A stretch of 64,000 nucleotides of DNA from the NCBI GenBank assembly GCA_958296235.1, contig OY282457.1, positions 2,597,338 to 2,661,337 of the forward strand. The letters are read 5' to 3'. Positions 28,560 to 38,205 of this stretch are shown one piece after another; the first letter of the stretch is position 1, and each line of letters begins with the position of its first letter. The DNA comes from an uncultured Candidatus Binatia bacterium. Lineage in GTDB: Bacteria; Desulfobacterota; Binatia; Bin18. The notes beneath the pieces are model-generated. The model was not told the DNA's origin and ran no database searches. It was given only the letters and a program-made list of their open reading frames with translations. Position numbers and translations under genes: made by a program.

Positions 28560-29002
28560 GACCGCTCGGCTCGTTCCACAAAATGAATCAGCACGCCGCC
28601 GGTACTCTTGGGATGAATAAAGGCGACTCTGGAGCCGCGCGCGCCTGGGCGGCCCTTCTCGTCAAGAACGCGCAAGCCTTTGGCTTTGACTTCCTGAATG
28701 GCCGTGTCGATATCGTCTACCCGCACGGCAATATGATGGAGGCCCTCGCCTCGTTTTTCTATCCAGCGCGAGATGTCGCGCTGATCCGTCACCTTGTCGC
28801 CCAACTCGGGCATCCGGTCCTGCAAAAACTCGAAATCGGCCTCCCCAATCCTGGCAAAGGCAATCCGTAAGCCCTCATACGGGTCGGCCTCCTCAAAGTC
28901 GTGGATTTCCAGCCCCAGGATGTCCCCAAAAACGTGGAGATAGGTATCCAGGTCTTTCACTGCCACGCCAATATGATCGATTTGACGGATATGCATACGC
29001 AC
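28556..29002 (-). CDS. Methylmalonyl-CoA epimerase-like VOC family protein
   Basis: 148 aa; IDHIGVAVKDLD and LHHIAVRVDDID duplicated VOC modules; C-terminal HPKSTGGVLIHFVE. Confidence 0.8.
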   Translation of the reverse strand: MRMHIRQIDHIGVAVKDLDTYLHVFGDILGLEIHDFEEADPYEGLRIAFARIGEADFEFLQDRMPELGDKVTDQRDISRWIEKRGEGLHHIAVRVDDIDTAIQEVKAKGLRVLDEKGRPGARGSRVAFIHPKSTGGVLIHFVERAERS

Positions 29003-29004
29003 TC

Positions 29005-30465
29005 CTAAATGTCATCGAGGGGAAAGACCGGCCGCCGGATTTTTTCATACGGCAGCCGCGCATGCACCTGGGTTGCCCGCCCCGGCGTGTCCACGTCAAT
29101 AAAGGCGCTGGCGATACCGGCAAAGCCGGCACGGTGTTGCAGTTCGGACTTGACTGCCAGGATTTTTCGTTGGGTCGGTTCAATGCCAAGGCTGCGGAAA
29201 TGGTTGGCTTCAAAGCCGTGGGTCGGACGCGAAGTCAAAATAACCTCAACCCCGCCGCAATCCACTACTGCGGTTGCCCCACGGCGATACGTGCCGGCAT
29301 TAAACGCGGTTGCCGCGCTATAGACTCCATCCTGAATGACGCGCACCCGGCCGCTGATCTCAACCGGCGCTCCGTGGAAGGCGTCCACCTTGCCGCCCAC
29401 ACTGAGGGTGACTTGTTTGCCAATACCGGCCCGGACAGCCTCCTGCGCGGCCTCCGGATCGGTAATATTGCCGACCACCGCCCCCTGGGCATTTTGTCTG
29501 AGCAGTTCCGCCAGCAAGACGGTCCCGTCGCCGGGCGTGCCAGCGCCGCCACTATCGGCCAGGTCTCCCAGCACGACCAGGCCATCCTCGGCTTCAATGG
29601 CCGCCCGCACGCCCTCCTCCACCGGAACCATGTCGGTATGAAACGCCTGCCGCTTGGCCCAGCAGGCGTCTTTGACGCGCTCGGCAATATCGTGAGCCAG
29701 GGCCGGTTCGTTATTCGTAGTCACCGTCACACTGATGCCGGTCTCGGGAATGTCGGAACAAAAGAAGCCGCCCAGCAACGACACATCAAGCACGCGCGGG
29801 TCACGTCCCAGGTGATGCGCCTGCCGCATCAGCGCTTCCATGGGCCAGCCTGGGGCGATATAGATTTTTTGCAGCGCCGGAGCCATAGCCGGTTGCGCCC
29901 AGGCGCTTGTCGGCGTGACACTCCCGTCAAACATGCCGGCCATGACCCGCGCCGCCTGTTCGCCGCCGGGGAAAAAATCATAGTGTGGGTTGGTTTTTAC
30001 ACCAATCAGCATACTGGCCTGCTCGACCATCAGCGGGGTGGTATTGGAATGGCCGTCCAAAGTCGCCAGGATGGGCGTCTTGTCGCCCAGAAACTCGCGG
30101 AGCGTGCTGAGCAAATCGCCCTCGCAGTCATCGCACTCGTCTGACACGGCTGTGCCGTGCAGTTGGAGAAACACGCCGTCAACCGGCGGATTCTGACGCA
30201 AAAGGTCGAGAAAGCCGGCCGTGGCCGCTGTATGCGCTTCCGCCGTGACCTTCCCCCCAACGCCGGGTACCACAAACGGAAGCGGCACAATGTCCCAATG
30301 GCGCTGCCGCGCTCCGTGCAGAAAGCCAGCAATCGAGCCCTGAGCGCCCCCCACCTGAAGCGCTCGTTCTCCGCTCAGCGTTGCCCGTTGAAACAGGTCC
30401 AGCCCCATTTTCTGGGTTGCAAAGGTATTCACGGCGACCAGATATCCACCAACGGCTACCCGCAT
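29005..30465 (-). CDS. M81 family metallopeptidase (MlrC-like)
   Basis: 486 aa; MRVAVGGYLVAVNTF N-terminus typical of MlrC/DUF1485 proteins. Confidence 0.8.
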   Translation of the reverse strand: MRVAVGGYLVAVNTFATQKMGLDLFQRATLSGERALQVGGAQGSIAGFLHGARQRHWDIVPLPFVVPGVGGKVTAEAHTAATAGFLDLLRQNPPVDGVFLQLHGTAVSDECDDCEGDLLSTLREFLGDKTPILATLDGHSNTTPLMVEQASMLIGVKTNPHYDFFPGGEQAARVMAGMFDGSVTPTSAWAQPAMAPALQKIYIAPGWPMEALMRQAHHLGRDPRVLDVSLLGGFFCSDIPETGISVTVTTNNEPALAHDIAERVKDACWAKRQAFHTDMVPVEEGVRAAIEAEDGLVVLGDLADSGGAGTPGDGTVLLAELLRQNAQGAVVGNITDPEAAQEAVRAGIGKQVTLSVGGKVDAFHGAPVEISGRVRVIQDGVYSAATAFNAGTYRRGATAVVDCGGVEVILTSRPTHGFEANHFRSLGIEPTQRKILAVKSELQHRAGFAGIASAFIDVDTPGRATQVHARLPYEKIRRPVFPLDDI

Positions 30466-30851
30466 ATCGTTCCTTCCTGCTCTCTTCCCGCTCCCGCGGG
30501 GTGAGGGCTTGCTCCCAGCCAGCTCTGAATCTCGTCCTCAATACTGTCTATCGAACCCCACGTCACAAAGTCCGGCCGGCCCGTCGGTCGTTGGCGTTTG
30601 ATATAGCGTACCCGCGTGTCGTCCTGCATCAGGTCCAGCCGCGGGCCGACCGGACAGCTCGACATGCACGCCGCCGCGCGAACTTCCGCCACCCCTCCGA
30701 GCCTGCGTTCAGCAACGAGTTTCCGCGCCGCGGCCAGCAGCGTGAGCCCGGTATGGACAACCGGCCCAGCCTCGGTACGGCGGACCTTGACCTCAACCGT
30801 TCTGTTCGTACACTTGGTCTTGGTACAGATATGAATTTCGAGTTTTCCCAC
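30456..30851 (-). CDS. Thioredoxin-like (2Fe-2S) ferredoxin domain protein (tentative)
   Basis: GTG start at 30851. LEIHICTKTKC ... ACMSSCPVGP cysteine pattern. 10-nt overlap with the mlrC-like start. Confidence 0.45.
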   Translation of the reverse strand: MGKLEIHICTKTKCTNRTVEVKVRRTEAGPVVHTGLTLLAAARKLVAERRLGGVAEVRAAACMSSCPVGPRLDLMQDDTRVRYIKRQRPTGRPDFVTWGSIDSIEDEIQSWLGASPHPAGAGREQEGTICG

Positions 30852-30966
30852 TCGCGCCCCAACTCGTCTCACACGCTTTTCGTGCGCTTTTTTGGCTTCG
30901 CCTACAAAGACACAGGCACGGCGCAAATACAAGAGGCTTCCCAACGACCCGGAAAAGGAACCCCCC

Positions 30967-32085
30967 ATGCATCCAGACGACATCAAAGAATACCGCCGCC
31001 AGCACGTCCCCGTTTTTAATACCAATACCATGAAGCTGGGCATTTTTGGTCAGAACTGTAGCTATGGCTGTACCATCACCCATGCCGAGTCCACCTTTGA
31101 GCCCACCTATGAACATAGTGTGCTGATTGCCCAGCAGGCCGACGCCTTGGGATTTGAACTCCTGGTTCCCGTCGGGCGCTGGAAGGGCTTTGGCGGGAGC
31201 ACCGATTTTAATGGCACCTGCATGGAGACCTATACCTGGGCCACGGCCATGGCCACCCAGACCAAAAACATCATGCTCTTCTCCACCTCCCACGTCCCGA
31301 CCATTCATCCGATTATGGCTGCCAAGCAGGGCGCCACGATTGACCATATTTCCCACGGACGCTGGGGTTTGAACATCGTGTGCGGCTGGTTCTCGCCCGA
31401 GATGGAAATGTTTGCGGCCAAGCAGATGGAACACGACGAGCGCTATCGCTATGCCGGCGAGTGGCTCCAGGTTATCAAGCGCCTGTGGACCGAGCAGAAT
31501 TTTGATCACACCGGCGAGTTCTTTCAGGTCAAAGACGGCTATCTGCTGCCCAAGCCGGTCCAACAGCCCTATCCGGCTTTGATTAACGCTGGCTTCTCGC
31601 CCGCCGGCCAGGATTTCTCTGCGCGGGAAGTGGACTTTAATTTTATCCAGGTCGATACCCTGGAGCACGGCAAAGAGGTCGTCGCAGATGTGAAGAAACA
31701 GGCCAATGCCTATGGCCGAGAGATAGGCATGATGTCCTACGGTTTTGTCGTCTGCCGCGACACGGAAAAAGAGGCCAAACAGGCCTATGATTACGTTGTT
31801 GAAAAAGGGGACTGGACCGCGGCCCGCAATATCCTGAACCTTCTCGGCGTCGAGAGCCAGTCCTTCAGCGAAGCAACGCTCACCCAGTTTGCCGAACGTT
31901 TTATTGCCGGCTGGGGCGGCTATCCCCTGGTCGGCACGCCGGAGCAGGTCGTCGATGCAATGGTCAAAATCGCACACACCGGTATTGAAGGGCTGATTGT
32001 TTCCTGGCTGGATTATAACCAGGAGCTGAAGTATTTCGGTGAGCGCGTCATGCCGCTGCTGCGCCAGGCGGGATTGCGGGAGTAA
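30967..32085 (+). CDS. LLM-class flavin-dependent monooxygenase (NtaA/SsuD/DszA-like)
   Basis: Start at MHPDDIKEY. MKLGIFGQN...VPVGRWKGFGG... pattern. The opposite-strand 553-aa ORF is considered spurious. Confidence 0.85.
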   Translation: MHPDDIKEYRRQHVPVFNTNTMKLGIFGQNCSYGCTITHAESTFEPTYEHSVLIAQQADALGFELLVPVGRWKGFGGSTDFNGTCMETYTWATAMATQTKNIMLFSTSHVPTIHPIMAAKQGATIDHISHGRWGLNIVCGWFSPEMEMFAAKQMEHDERYRYAGEWLQVIKRLWTEQNFDHTGEFFQVKDGYLLPKPVQQPYPALINAGFSPAGQDFSAREVDFNFIQVDTLEHGKEVVADVKKQANAYGREIGMMSYGFVVCRDTEKEAKQAYDYVVEKGDWTAARNILNLLGVESQSFSEATLTQFAERFIAGWGGYPLVGTPEQVVDAMVKIAHTGIEGLIVSWLDYNQELKYFGERVMPLLRQAGLRE

Positions 32086-32160
32086 ACCTTTCTTCCCGGC
32101 TCTCGGAATTGCCGCCTGACGCATTGCTCCGGCCCGCCCTTCGGCAGTACAATACCGTTT

Positions 32161-32985
32161 ATGCCCCAGGCCAAACCGGACCTGACATATGAATCCTATC
32201 TCCGCCTGCCGGAACTGCTCAGCCTCCAGACGCTTCAGTCCGACCCACCCGCTCATGACGAACTCCAGTTCATCATTGTCCATCAAAGCTATGAACTGTG
32301 GTTTCGGTTGCTGCTGTACGAAGTGCGCGCCATCATCGGCCATCTGCGCGCCGGGCGAGTGCGGCAGGCGGTGTGGCTGATGCGGCGGCTCATTGAGGTC
32401 GAGCGGGTGATGATCCAGCAGGTCCAGGTGCTGGAAACCATGTCGCCAGTGCATTTTCTTGAGTTTCGCGATCTGCTGAGGCCGGCCAGCGGCTTACAGT
32501 CCTTACAGTTTCGGGAGCTCGAATTTCTGTCCGGTCTCCGAGACGAACGCTTCTTTGACGTGTTCGCTGGGAGTGAGGCCGCCGGGCAACGCCTGCGGGC
32601 GGCCTATGACGGACCCAATCTGTGGAGCGCGTTTTGTGAACTGTTACAGAGCCGCGGCTTTGATACGGACACTCCTGAGCAACAGGAGCGGGCGGTTGAG
32701 CGCATCTACACCGACCCACGACATCTGGATTTGCAGCAGCTGTGTGAAATCATGGTCGAATATGATGAACAGTTTTGTATCTGGCGCTCCCGCCACGCCT
32801 TAATGGCCGAGCGTATGGTTGGAACAAAATCCGGTACGGGAGACGCGCACACCGGAAAACTTGTCGGTCAAGCGTCCTTCCAAGCTCCAGGAGTACGCTA
32901 TCTTCAGGGCCGGCTCGGCGTCCATTTTTTCCCGATTCTCTGGGATGTCCGAACCCAACTCGGCGGAGGGCCGTATGACGCATGA
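32161..32985 (+). CDS. kynA: Tryptophan 2,3-dioxygenase
   Basis: 274 aa; YESYLRLPELLSLQ...HDELQFIIVHQSYELWF signature. Confidence 0.9.
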   Translation: MPQAKPDLTYESYLRLPELLSLQTLQSDPPAHDELQFIIVHQSYELWFRLLLYEVRAIIGHLRAGRVRQAVWLMRRLIEVERVMIQQVQVLETMSPVHFLEFRDLLRPASGLQSLQFRELEFLSGLRDERFFDVFAGSEAAGQRLRAAYDGPNLWSAFCELLQSRGFDTDTPEQQERAVERIYTDPRHLDLQQLCEIMVEYDEQFCIWRSRHALMAERMVGTKSGTGDAHTGKLVGQASFQAPGVRYLQGRLGVHFFPILWDVRTQLGGGPYDA

Positions 32986-34117
32986 TCTCTACCGCTGGCG
33001 GACGGCATTTCCCATCCTCGAAACCTCAACCTATCTGATTTCGCATTCCATGGGCGCAATGCCCAGGGCCACAACAGACCGCCTGCGCGAGTATGCCGAA
33101 AGCTGGCAGCAGGAAGGGAGTGCGGTGTGGGAGCGCTGGATGGGATTTTTCGAGGAAAGCACCGGCCTCATTGGCCGGTTTCTCAATGCTGAGCCAGGCA
33201 GCGTGGTCCTGCACCAGAATGTGTCCGCCTTGTTTAACGCCGCGCTGTCCTGTTTTGACTTTGGCGGCAAGCGCAATAAAATCCTGTATGCCGAACTGAC
33301 CTTTCCCACCCTGCGCTATAATATTCAGTCCCGAGCCCGACACGGCGCCCGGCCCGTGATGATCCCCTCTCCTGACGGCATCCGGCAACCCGCCGAACGC
33401 TTTATTGAGGCCATTGATGACGAGACGCTGCTGCTGGTCCTGGACCACGGACTGTATCGCTCCGGGGCCTTAATCGACATTGCCCCCGTTGTTCAGGCCG
33501 CTCATGCGCGCGGAGCCCAGGTTATTGTCGATGCGTATCAAACCGTTGGGACCGTCCCGATTGATGTGCAGGCCTGGCAGGCCGACTTTGTGGTGGGTGG
33601 ATCACACAAATGGTTATGTGGTGGACCAGGCGCAGCCTACCTGTATGTCTGTCCAGATCAACTCCTGTCACGCCACCCCGTTATGACCGGCTGGTTCTCG
33701 CAGGCACAGCCCTTTGCCTTTGGCGATGACATTGATTACGCCCGCAGCGCGCAGCGTTTTCTGGGCGGCACGCCCGGCATGTCAGCCATATACGCCGCCC
33801 GCTCCGGCTACGAGATTCTGCTGAAAGTCGGCCCGGAACGGATTCGACAACGCAATATCGAATTATGCCAGCGCTTGATCGACGGCGCTCTTGCCCGCGG
33901 CCTCCATATCAACACGCCGCAAGACGCCCAGGAACGCGGCGGTCTGGTGTGTATCGACTTCGACGGCGCAGCCCAAGCCGAAGAACAGCTCGTCGCCCGG
34001 CGGGTCTTTGTCGATTACCGCCCACGCTGCGGTCTGCGTATTTCGCCCCATTTTTACACCACGGAAGACGAAATCGACCGTGTATTTGAGGAGCTTGACG
34101 CGATCCGCACGGGATAA
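32975..34117 (+). CDS. kynU: Kynureninase-like class V PLP-dependent enzyme
   Basis: Start at MTHDLYRWRTAFP (GGAGGG upstream), 11-nt overlap with kynA. GGSHKWLCGGPGA PLP-lysine context. Confidence 0.75.
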   Translation: MTHDLYRWRTAFPILETSTYLISHSMGAMPRATTDRLREYAESWQQEGSAVWERWMGFFEESTGLIGRFLNAEPGSVVLHQNVSALFNAALSCFDFGGKRNKILYAELTFPTLRYNIQSRARHGARPVMIPSPDGIRQPAERFIEAIDDETLLLVLDHGLYRSGALIDIAPVVQAAHARGAQVIVDAYQTVGTVPIDVQAWQADFVVGGSHKWLCGGPGAAYLYVCPDQLLSRHPVMTGWFSQAQPFAFGDDIDYARSAQRFLGGTPGMSAIYAARSGYEILLKVGPERIRQRNIELCQRLIDGALARGLHINTPQDAQERGGLVCIDFDGAAQAEEQLVARRVFVDYRPRCGLRISPHFYTTEDEIDRVFEELDAIRTG

Positions 34118-34212
34118 GCTCTCCCTTGTGACAGAGAACGGCTGGCTTCACCCCTGGATATCAGCTTTGCGTTGAATCCACACGCGGACTTATGGCAAGA
34201 TGCGGGGCCGAC

Positions 34213-34632
34213 ATGTCAACCCTACAAGAAAAACCGCGCCCCCTGATAGACGACCTCACCCGTCCGTTCTGGGAGGCGGCCAGGGAACATCGTCTGGTCA
34301 TCTAGCGCTGCCGGGACTGTCGCTATTTTAATCACCCGCCGCGCCCGGTGTGTAATGCCTGTCATAGCGCAGCCCTCACGTTCGAGCCGGTCAGCGGCCG
34401 CGGCACGATCTACAGTTTCAGTGTGATGTATCAACCTAACGTGGCCGGTTTTGGGGACGAACTGCCCTACCTCAATATTCTCGTTGAGCTTGAAGAACAG
34501 TCGCAGCTCTTTCTGGTCTCCGACCTGCCAGGGGCGCAACGCGAGCAGGTCCGGGTCGGCGGGAAGGTCGAGGTCTCTTTCGAGGATGTTGACGCGGAGC
34601 TGACGCTGCCCAAGTTTCGGCTTTTAGTCTAA
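34213..34632 (+). pseudogene. DUF35 Zn-ribbon/OB-fold protein interrupted by one in-frame TAG (codon 31)
   Basis: ATG 34213 ... RPFWEAAREHRLVI-TAG(34303)-RCRDCRYFNHPPRPVCNACHS... in one frame. The remainder matches the listed ORF 34348..34632. Confidence 0.7.
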
Positions 34633-34657
34633 CGCCGGCTGAGCAGAGGACACACCT

Positions 34658-35845
34658 ATGACCTGGCAAGGGAAAGGCAAAACCGCCATCGTTGGCATTG
34701 GCTACTCCGAGCTGAGCCGCCGACCGCAGAAGTCCCTTGGCGCGCTGAGCCTGGACGCGTGTCGGGCCGCCCTTGATGACGCCGAGCTGCCGGCCGAGCG
34801 GGTTGACGGCCTGGCCACCTTTCCTGAAGCGCCTTTTCACGGCGCGGGCGCCCAGGACGGCGAGCATATTGTCAGCGTCGAATACCTGATGAACCATCTC
34901 CCGCTCGCGCCCGATATTCGGTGGTATGCCCAAATCGAAACCGGTCTGGTTGCGAGTGCGGTTATTGAGGGGGTCAACGCTCTTTTGGCTGAGGCGTGCG
35001 AGTATGTGCTGGTCTGGCGCGCGCTCCACAATCCGCGCGGTCGCTATGGGGCATGGTCCGGTAACCGGGCTCCAGGCGACGCCCAATTCATGGCACCCTA
35101 TGGCTGTACGAGTATTTTTCAGTGGCACGCTATGGCCTGGCAGCGCTATATGTATCGCTACGGTGCCACCCGGGAGCATCTGGCGACCTTGGTGACGAAT
35201 AGCCGGCGGAATGCGAACCGCAATCCGAACGCCTATTTTTATACCACGCCCATGACCCGTGAGGATTATTTCGCCGCCCGCTGGATCGCAGAGCCCCTAT
35301 GCTTGTTTGACTGCGATATTCCGGTGGAAGGCTGTGTCGCCCTCATCTTGACCACGGCGGAACGCGCCGCAGACCTCCGCCATCCCCCGGCCTATATCGC
35401 CGGCTACGGACAGAACACGAGTCGCCGTCGGGCGCTGTTTCACTATTCGCTGGCTAATTATATGGAGTCCGGCCACTCGCTGGCCAGCAAGCTCTGGGCG
35501 TCTTCGGGCTTAGGGCCCCAGGCCATGAGTGCCGCCGAGCTGTACGACGGATTCAGCCCCTCCAGCCTGTACTGGCTGGAGGCGGCGGGCTTCTGTGGAG
35601 AAGGCGAAGCCTACAGCTTTATCCAGGACGGACGCATTGCCCTGGAAGGCGAGCTGCCGGTCAATACCTTCGGCGGCAGCCTGAGCGAAGGCCGCCTGCA
35701 CGGTATGGGTCATATTGCCGAAGCGGTCATGCAGGTGACTGATCGCGCGGAAAGGCGTCAGGTCCCCAACGCCTCAGCCGTGTGTGCCATTGACGGTTCC
35801 CCCATGCTGCGCGGGAGCGGCCTGGTGATTACCCGGGAGCCGTGA
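34658..35845 (+). CDS. Thiolase-like / SCP-x-type lipid-transfer protein (usual partner of DUF35)
   Basis: 395 aa; thiolase fold motifs (NTFGGSLSEGRLHGMG); adjacency to the DUF35 gene. Confidence 0.85.
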   Translation: MTWQGKGKTAIVGIGYSELSRRPQKSLGALSLDACRAALDDAELPAERVDGLATFPEAPFHGAGAQDGEHIVSVEYLMNHLPLAPDIRWYAQIETGLVASAVIEGVNALLAEACEYVLVWRALHNPRGRYGAWSGNRAPGDAQFMAPYGCTSIFQWHAMAWQRYMYRYGATREHLATLVTNSRRNANRNPNAYFYTTPMTREDYFAARWIAEPLCLFDCDIPVEGCVALILTTAERAADLRHPPAYIAGYGQNTSRRRALFHYSLANYMESGHSLASKLWASSGLGPQAMSAAELYDGFSPSSLYWLEAAGFCGEGEAYSFIQDGRIALEGELPVNTFGGSLSEGRLHGMGHIAEAVMQVTDRAERRQVPNASAVCAIDGSPMLRGSGLVITREP

Positions 35846-35924
35846 TGCAGTATAAAAAACAGCCCGCACCGAGTTTATTACGCATTATCGGTACTCATTG
35901 TCTTTGCCAGATACTTCCTGTCTC

Positions 35925-37043
35925 TTACGCATGACTGGCGTAAGCATTGAGTTTTTTAATGTGCTCCTTCAGTGCCAGTATACCTGGATTATCCGGTTTC
36001 CTTTCGACGAGCCGGGTCGCAAACCTCGCCAAGCTTCTCGCGTTCTCAATATGATCCTTTTTCCACCATTGAGAGCAGACATGGAATTTGTCAGCATACC
36101 GTCTCTTCCAGTACCTGGAGTGACCGTTCACTTCTCTTCCGTCTTCGCTATGGCGCAAAAGTGCAAAATTACTGATTTGGAGTCTCAAAGCTCCTTTACA
36201 GTATTCCCGGTCCATCAAGTCATCTCTCTCTGCGTCCTCAAGAAGCGTTGGGTGATCCTCCAGTAGTGTTTTCATAAGATTTTCGACAATTGACTGTAGG
36301 CGCTCCTCAGTTCCAAGGGCTTTTTCGTTCGTTTGGCGGGCGCGGGTATTCCTAGCTCCCGCCTCTGGTATTCCGGTGAGGTTCAAGAGTCTTGCAGCGC
36401 GTACGAACAACTCGGATGAGTCTGAAATGGTCTCCGTCGCTTCTAGCGTTTTTTGCAGTATCTCATCCGTGAAATCGCCATTGGTTATAAGATTCCAGTC
36501 GATTCTCGGGTATTCATTTCGCAATGTGATAAAAATATCTTCCAACGGTTTCTGCGTGATGGGATTTACTTTTGGAGAGGCAAAAGAGATGTGGAATTTT
36601 GTTTCGGAGCGCTGATAGACCTGCAATATCATATGGGTCCGTAGCAATTTCTTAAGCACCCTGTTGTCAGAACCACCTCCATAATTCAAACCAGATTCGT
36701 GAAAAGCGATTTCCAACGCATGGACATCACCTTGCAGGTCTATCCCGACAAGATCGATTTCGCCCTGTTTCAAAAATTGCTCGGCATTCTTTGTTTCCTT
36801 GAAAACCTTTCCATCTTCGTCAAACTTTTGCTTCATAAGACGAAATATCGTCTCTAGTTCCGCGTCGCTTTTATATCTCGGCCAATGTTCGGACGCTTTC
36901 CAATTGGTCTGTACTAACCAGCACTGCTTGACATGTCGCAGATAGGAATAGCCGAGTGATTCGCCAATCTCTATTTTCATGTGGTCACCAATCTTCTTGA
37001 GCCTACACGAAATAATACCAAAAGGCTCGCATTCTGCTGTCAT
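35925..37043 (-). CDS. Hypothetical protein (orphan, AT-richer than its flanks)
   Basis: 372-aa ORF (alternative start at MKIEIGE, 36980). No family recognised. Weak PD-(D/E)xK-like string GEIDLVGIDLQGDVHALEIAFHE. Confidence 0.6.
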   Translation of the reverse strand: MTAECEPFGIISCRLKKIGDHMKIEIGESLGYSYLRHVKQCWLVQTNWKASEHWPRYKSDAELETIFRLMKQKFDEDGKVFKETKNAEQFLKQGEIDLVGIDLQGDVHALEIAFHESGLNYGGGSDNRVLKKLLRTHMILQVYQRSETKFHISFASPKVNPITQKPLEDIFITLRNEYPRIDWNLITNGDFTDEILQKTLEATETISDSSELFVRAARLLNLTGIPEAGARNTRARQTNEKALGTEERLQSIVENLMKTLLEDHPTLLEDAERDDLMDREYCKGALRLQISNFALLRHSEDGREVNGHSRYWKRRYADKFHVCSQWWKKDHIENARSLARFATRLVERKPDNPGILALKEHIKKLNAYASHA

Positions 37044-37182
37044 TCCAGCAATCTCTTTTCAGAGTGGAAGGACAGGGGGAAGTCAAATACCCAACTCATA
37101 CGAATAGAGCGTCTGCCCGAAGCCAAGACGGCCCGCGTCCGGCCTTCCCCACGCTCGTGAATCCTGAAATACTACTGGCGCT

Positions 37183-38205
37183 ATGGCTGAGCCAAAAGAG
37201 CGGATTGTTTTCTGTGACGCTGAGCGGATTCCAGTCCATTTGATTTCCGGCTTTCTGGGCAGCGGCAAGACAACCCTCCTGCGCCGCCTGCTCGATTATT
37301 GCCTGAGCCAGGGTCTTAAACCCGCGGTCATGATGAATGAGTATGGAGAAGTCAACATCGATGGCGAGTTGCTGCGCGGGCAAGGCTATACCATCCGGGA
37401 AATGACCAATGGCTGCATTTGTTGCACGATTGGCGGCACCCTGGGCCTCGCGCTCCAGGACGTTGCCGCCCTCAAGCCGGATGTCATTTTTATTGAAGCC
37501 ACCGGTCTCGCCGACCCGGTCGAACTCATGGACCAAGCCACAAAAGAAGAAGTCCTGCCCCTGGTCCGATTGGCGTCGCTGGTTGCCGTTCTTGACCCTG
37601 TTCATTTCAGTCGCCTGGCCGAAGAAATACACTCGGGCATCCGGCAACAGACGGCCCTCGCCGATATCGTGGTGTTAAACAAACGGGACCTGGCAGACGA
37701 GTCGGTCCTGGCTGAACTGGAGAAACAGATTCGTCGGTTAAATCCGCGCGCGGCGATTGTTCGGACCGAACGCGGGGACATGGATTACGCTCAGATTGTC
37801 TACCGCCAAACAGACAAAAATGCCGGACACGTTTCCTCTTCGCGTCGGGCGCCGGTGCACGACCATTTTCATACGCTGACGTGTCTGTGCGAAGCCCCCC
37901 TGGTCCGAGAACGGTTTGAGCGGCTGATGCGCGGCCTGCCGGACGCGGTGTGGCGCGCCAAAGGGTTCGTGCGCTTTACCGACTCGGACGAGCAGTGGAT
38001 GTTTCAATATGTGACTGGCGAATTCGACATGGAGTGGCTGGATTTATTACCCGAACCACCCGAACACGTCGTTTTTATCGGCAAGGGTTTTGACCGGGAC
38101 GGGCTGCAACACGATCTCCGGGCATGCGCCGCTGATAGCGGCCGGCTCAGCGTAGCGGACGCAAAAAGACAGCAAGCCGACAAGGAGAACCAGTATGATG
38201 TATGA
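37183..38205 (+). CDS. CobW/COG0523 family GTPase metallochaperone
   Basis: 340 aa; GFLGSGKTTLL P-loop, GCICCT metal motif, C-terminal CobW_C-like domain. Confidence 0.9.
   Translation: MAEPKERIVFCDAERIPVHLISGFLGSGKTTLLRRLLDYCLSQGLKPAVMMNEYGEVNIDGELLRGQGYTIREMTNGCICCTIGGTLGLALQDVAALKPDVIFIEATGLADPVELMDQATKEEVLPLVRLASLVAVLDPVHFSRLAEEIHSGIRQQTALADIVVLNKRDLADESVLAELEKQIRRLNPRAAIVRTERGDMDYAQIVYRQTDKNAGHVSSSRRAPVHDHFHTLTCLCEAPLVRERFERLMRGLPDAVWRAKGFVRFTDSDEQWMFQYVTGEFDMEWLDLLPEPPEHVVFIGKGFDRDGLQHDLRACAADSGRLSVADAKRQQADKENQYDV

Noticed and set aside
29062-30144. 360-aa ORF on the plus strand
   Set aside because: Antisense to the MlrC-like peptidase gene. Shadow ORF.
30793-32454. 553-aa ORF on the minus strand
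   Set aside because: It is entirely antisense to the well-supported LLM monooxygenase and kynA 5' region. Its composition is low-complexity (G/A/H/L-rich) with no recognisable motifs. This is a typical high-GC shadow ORF.
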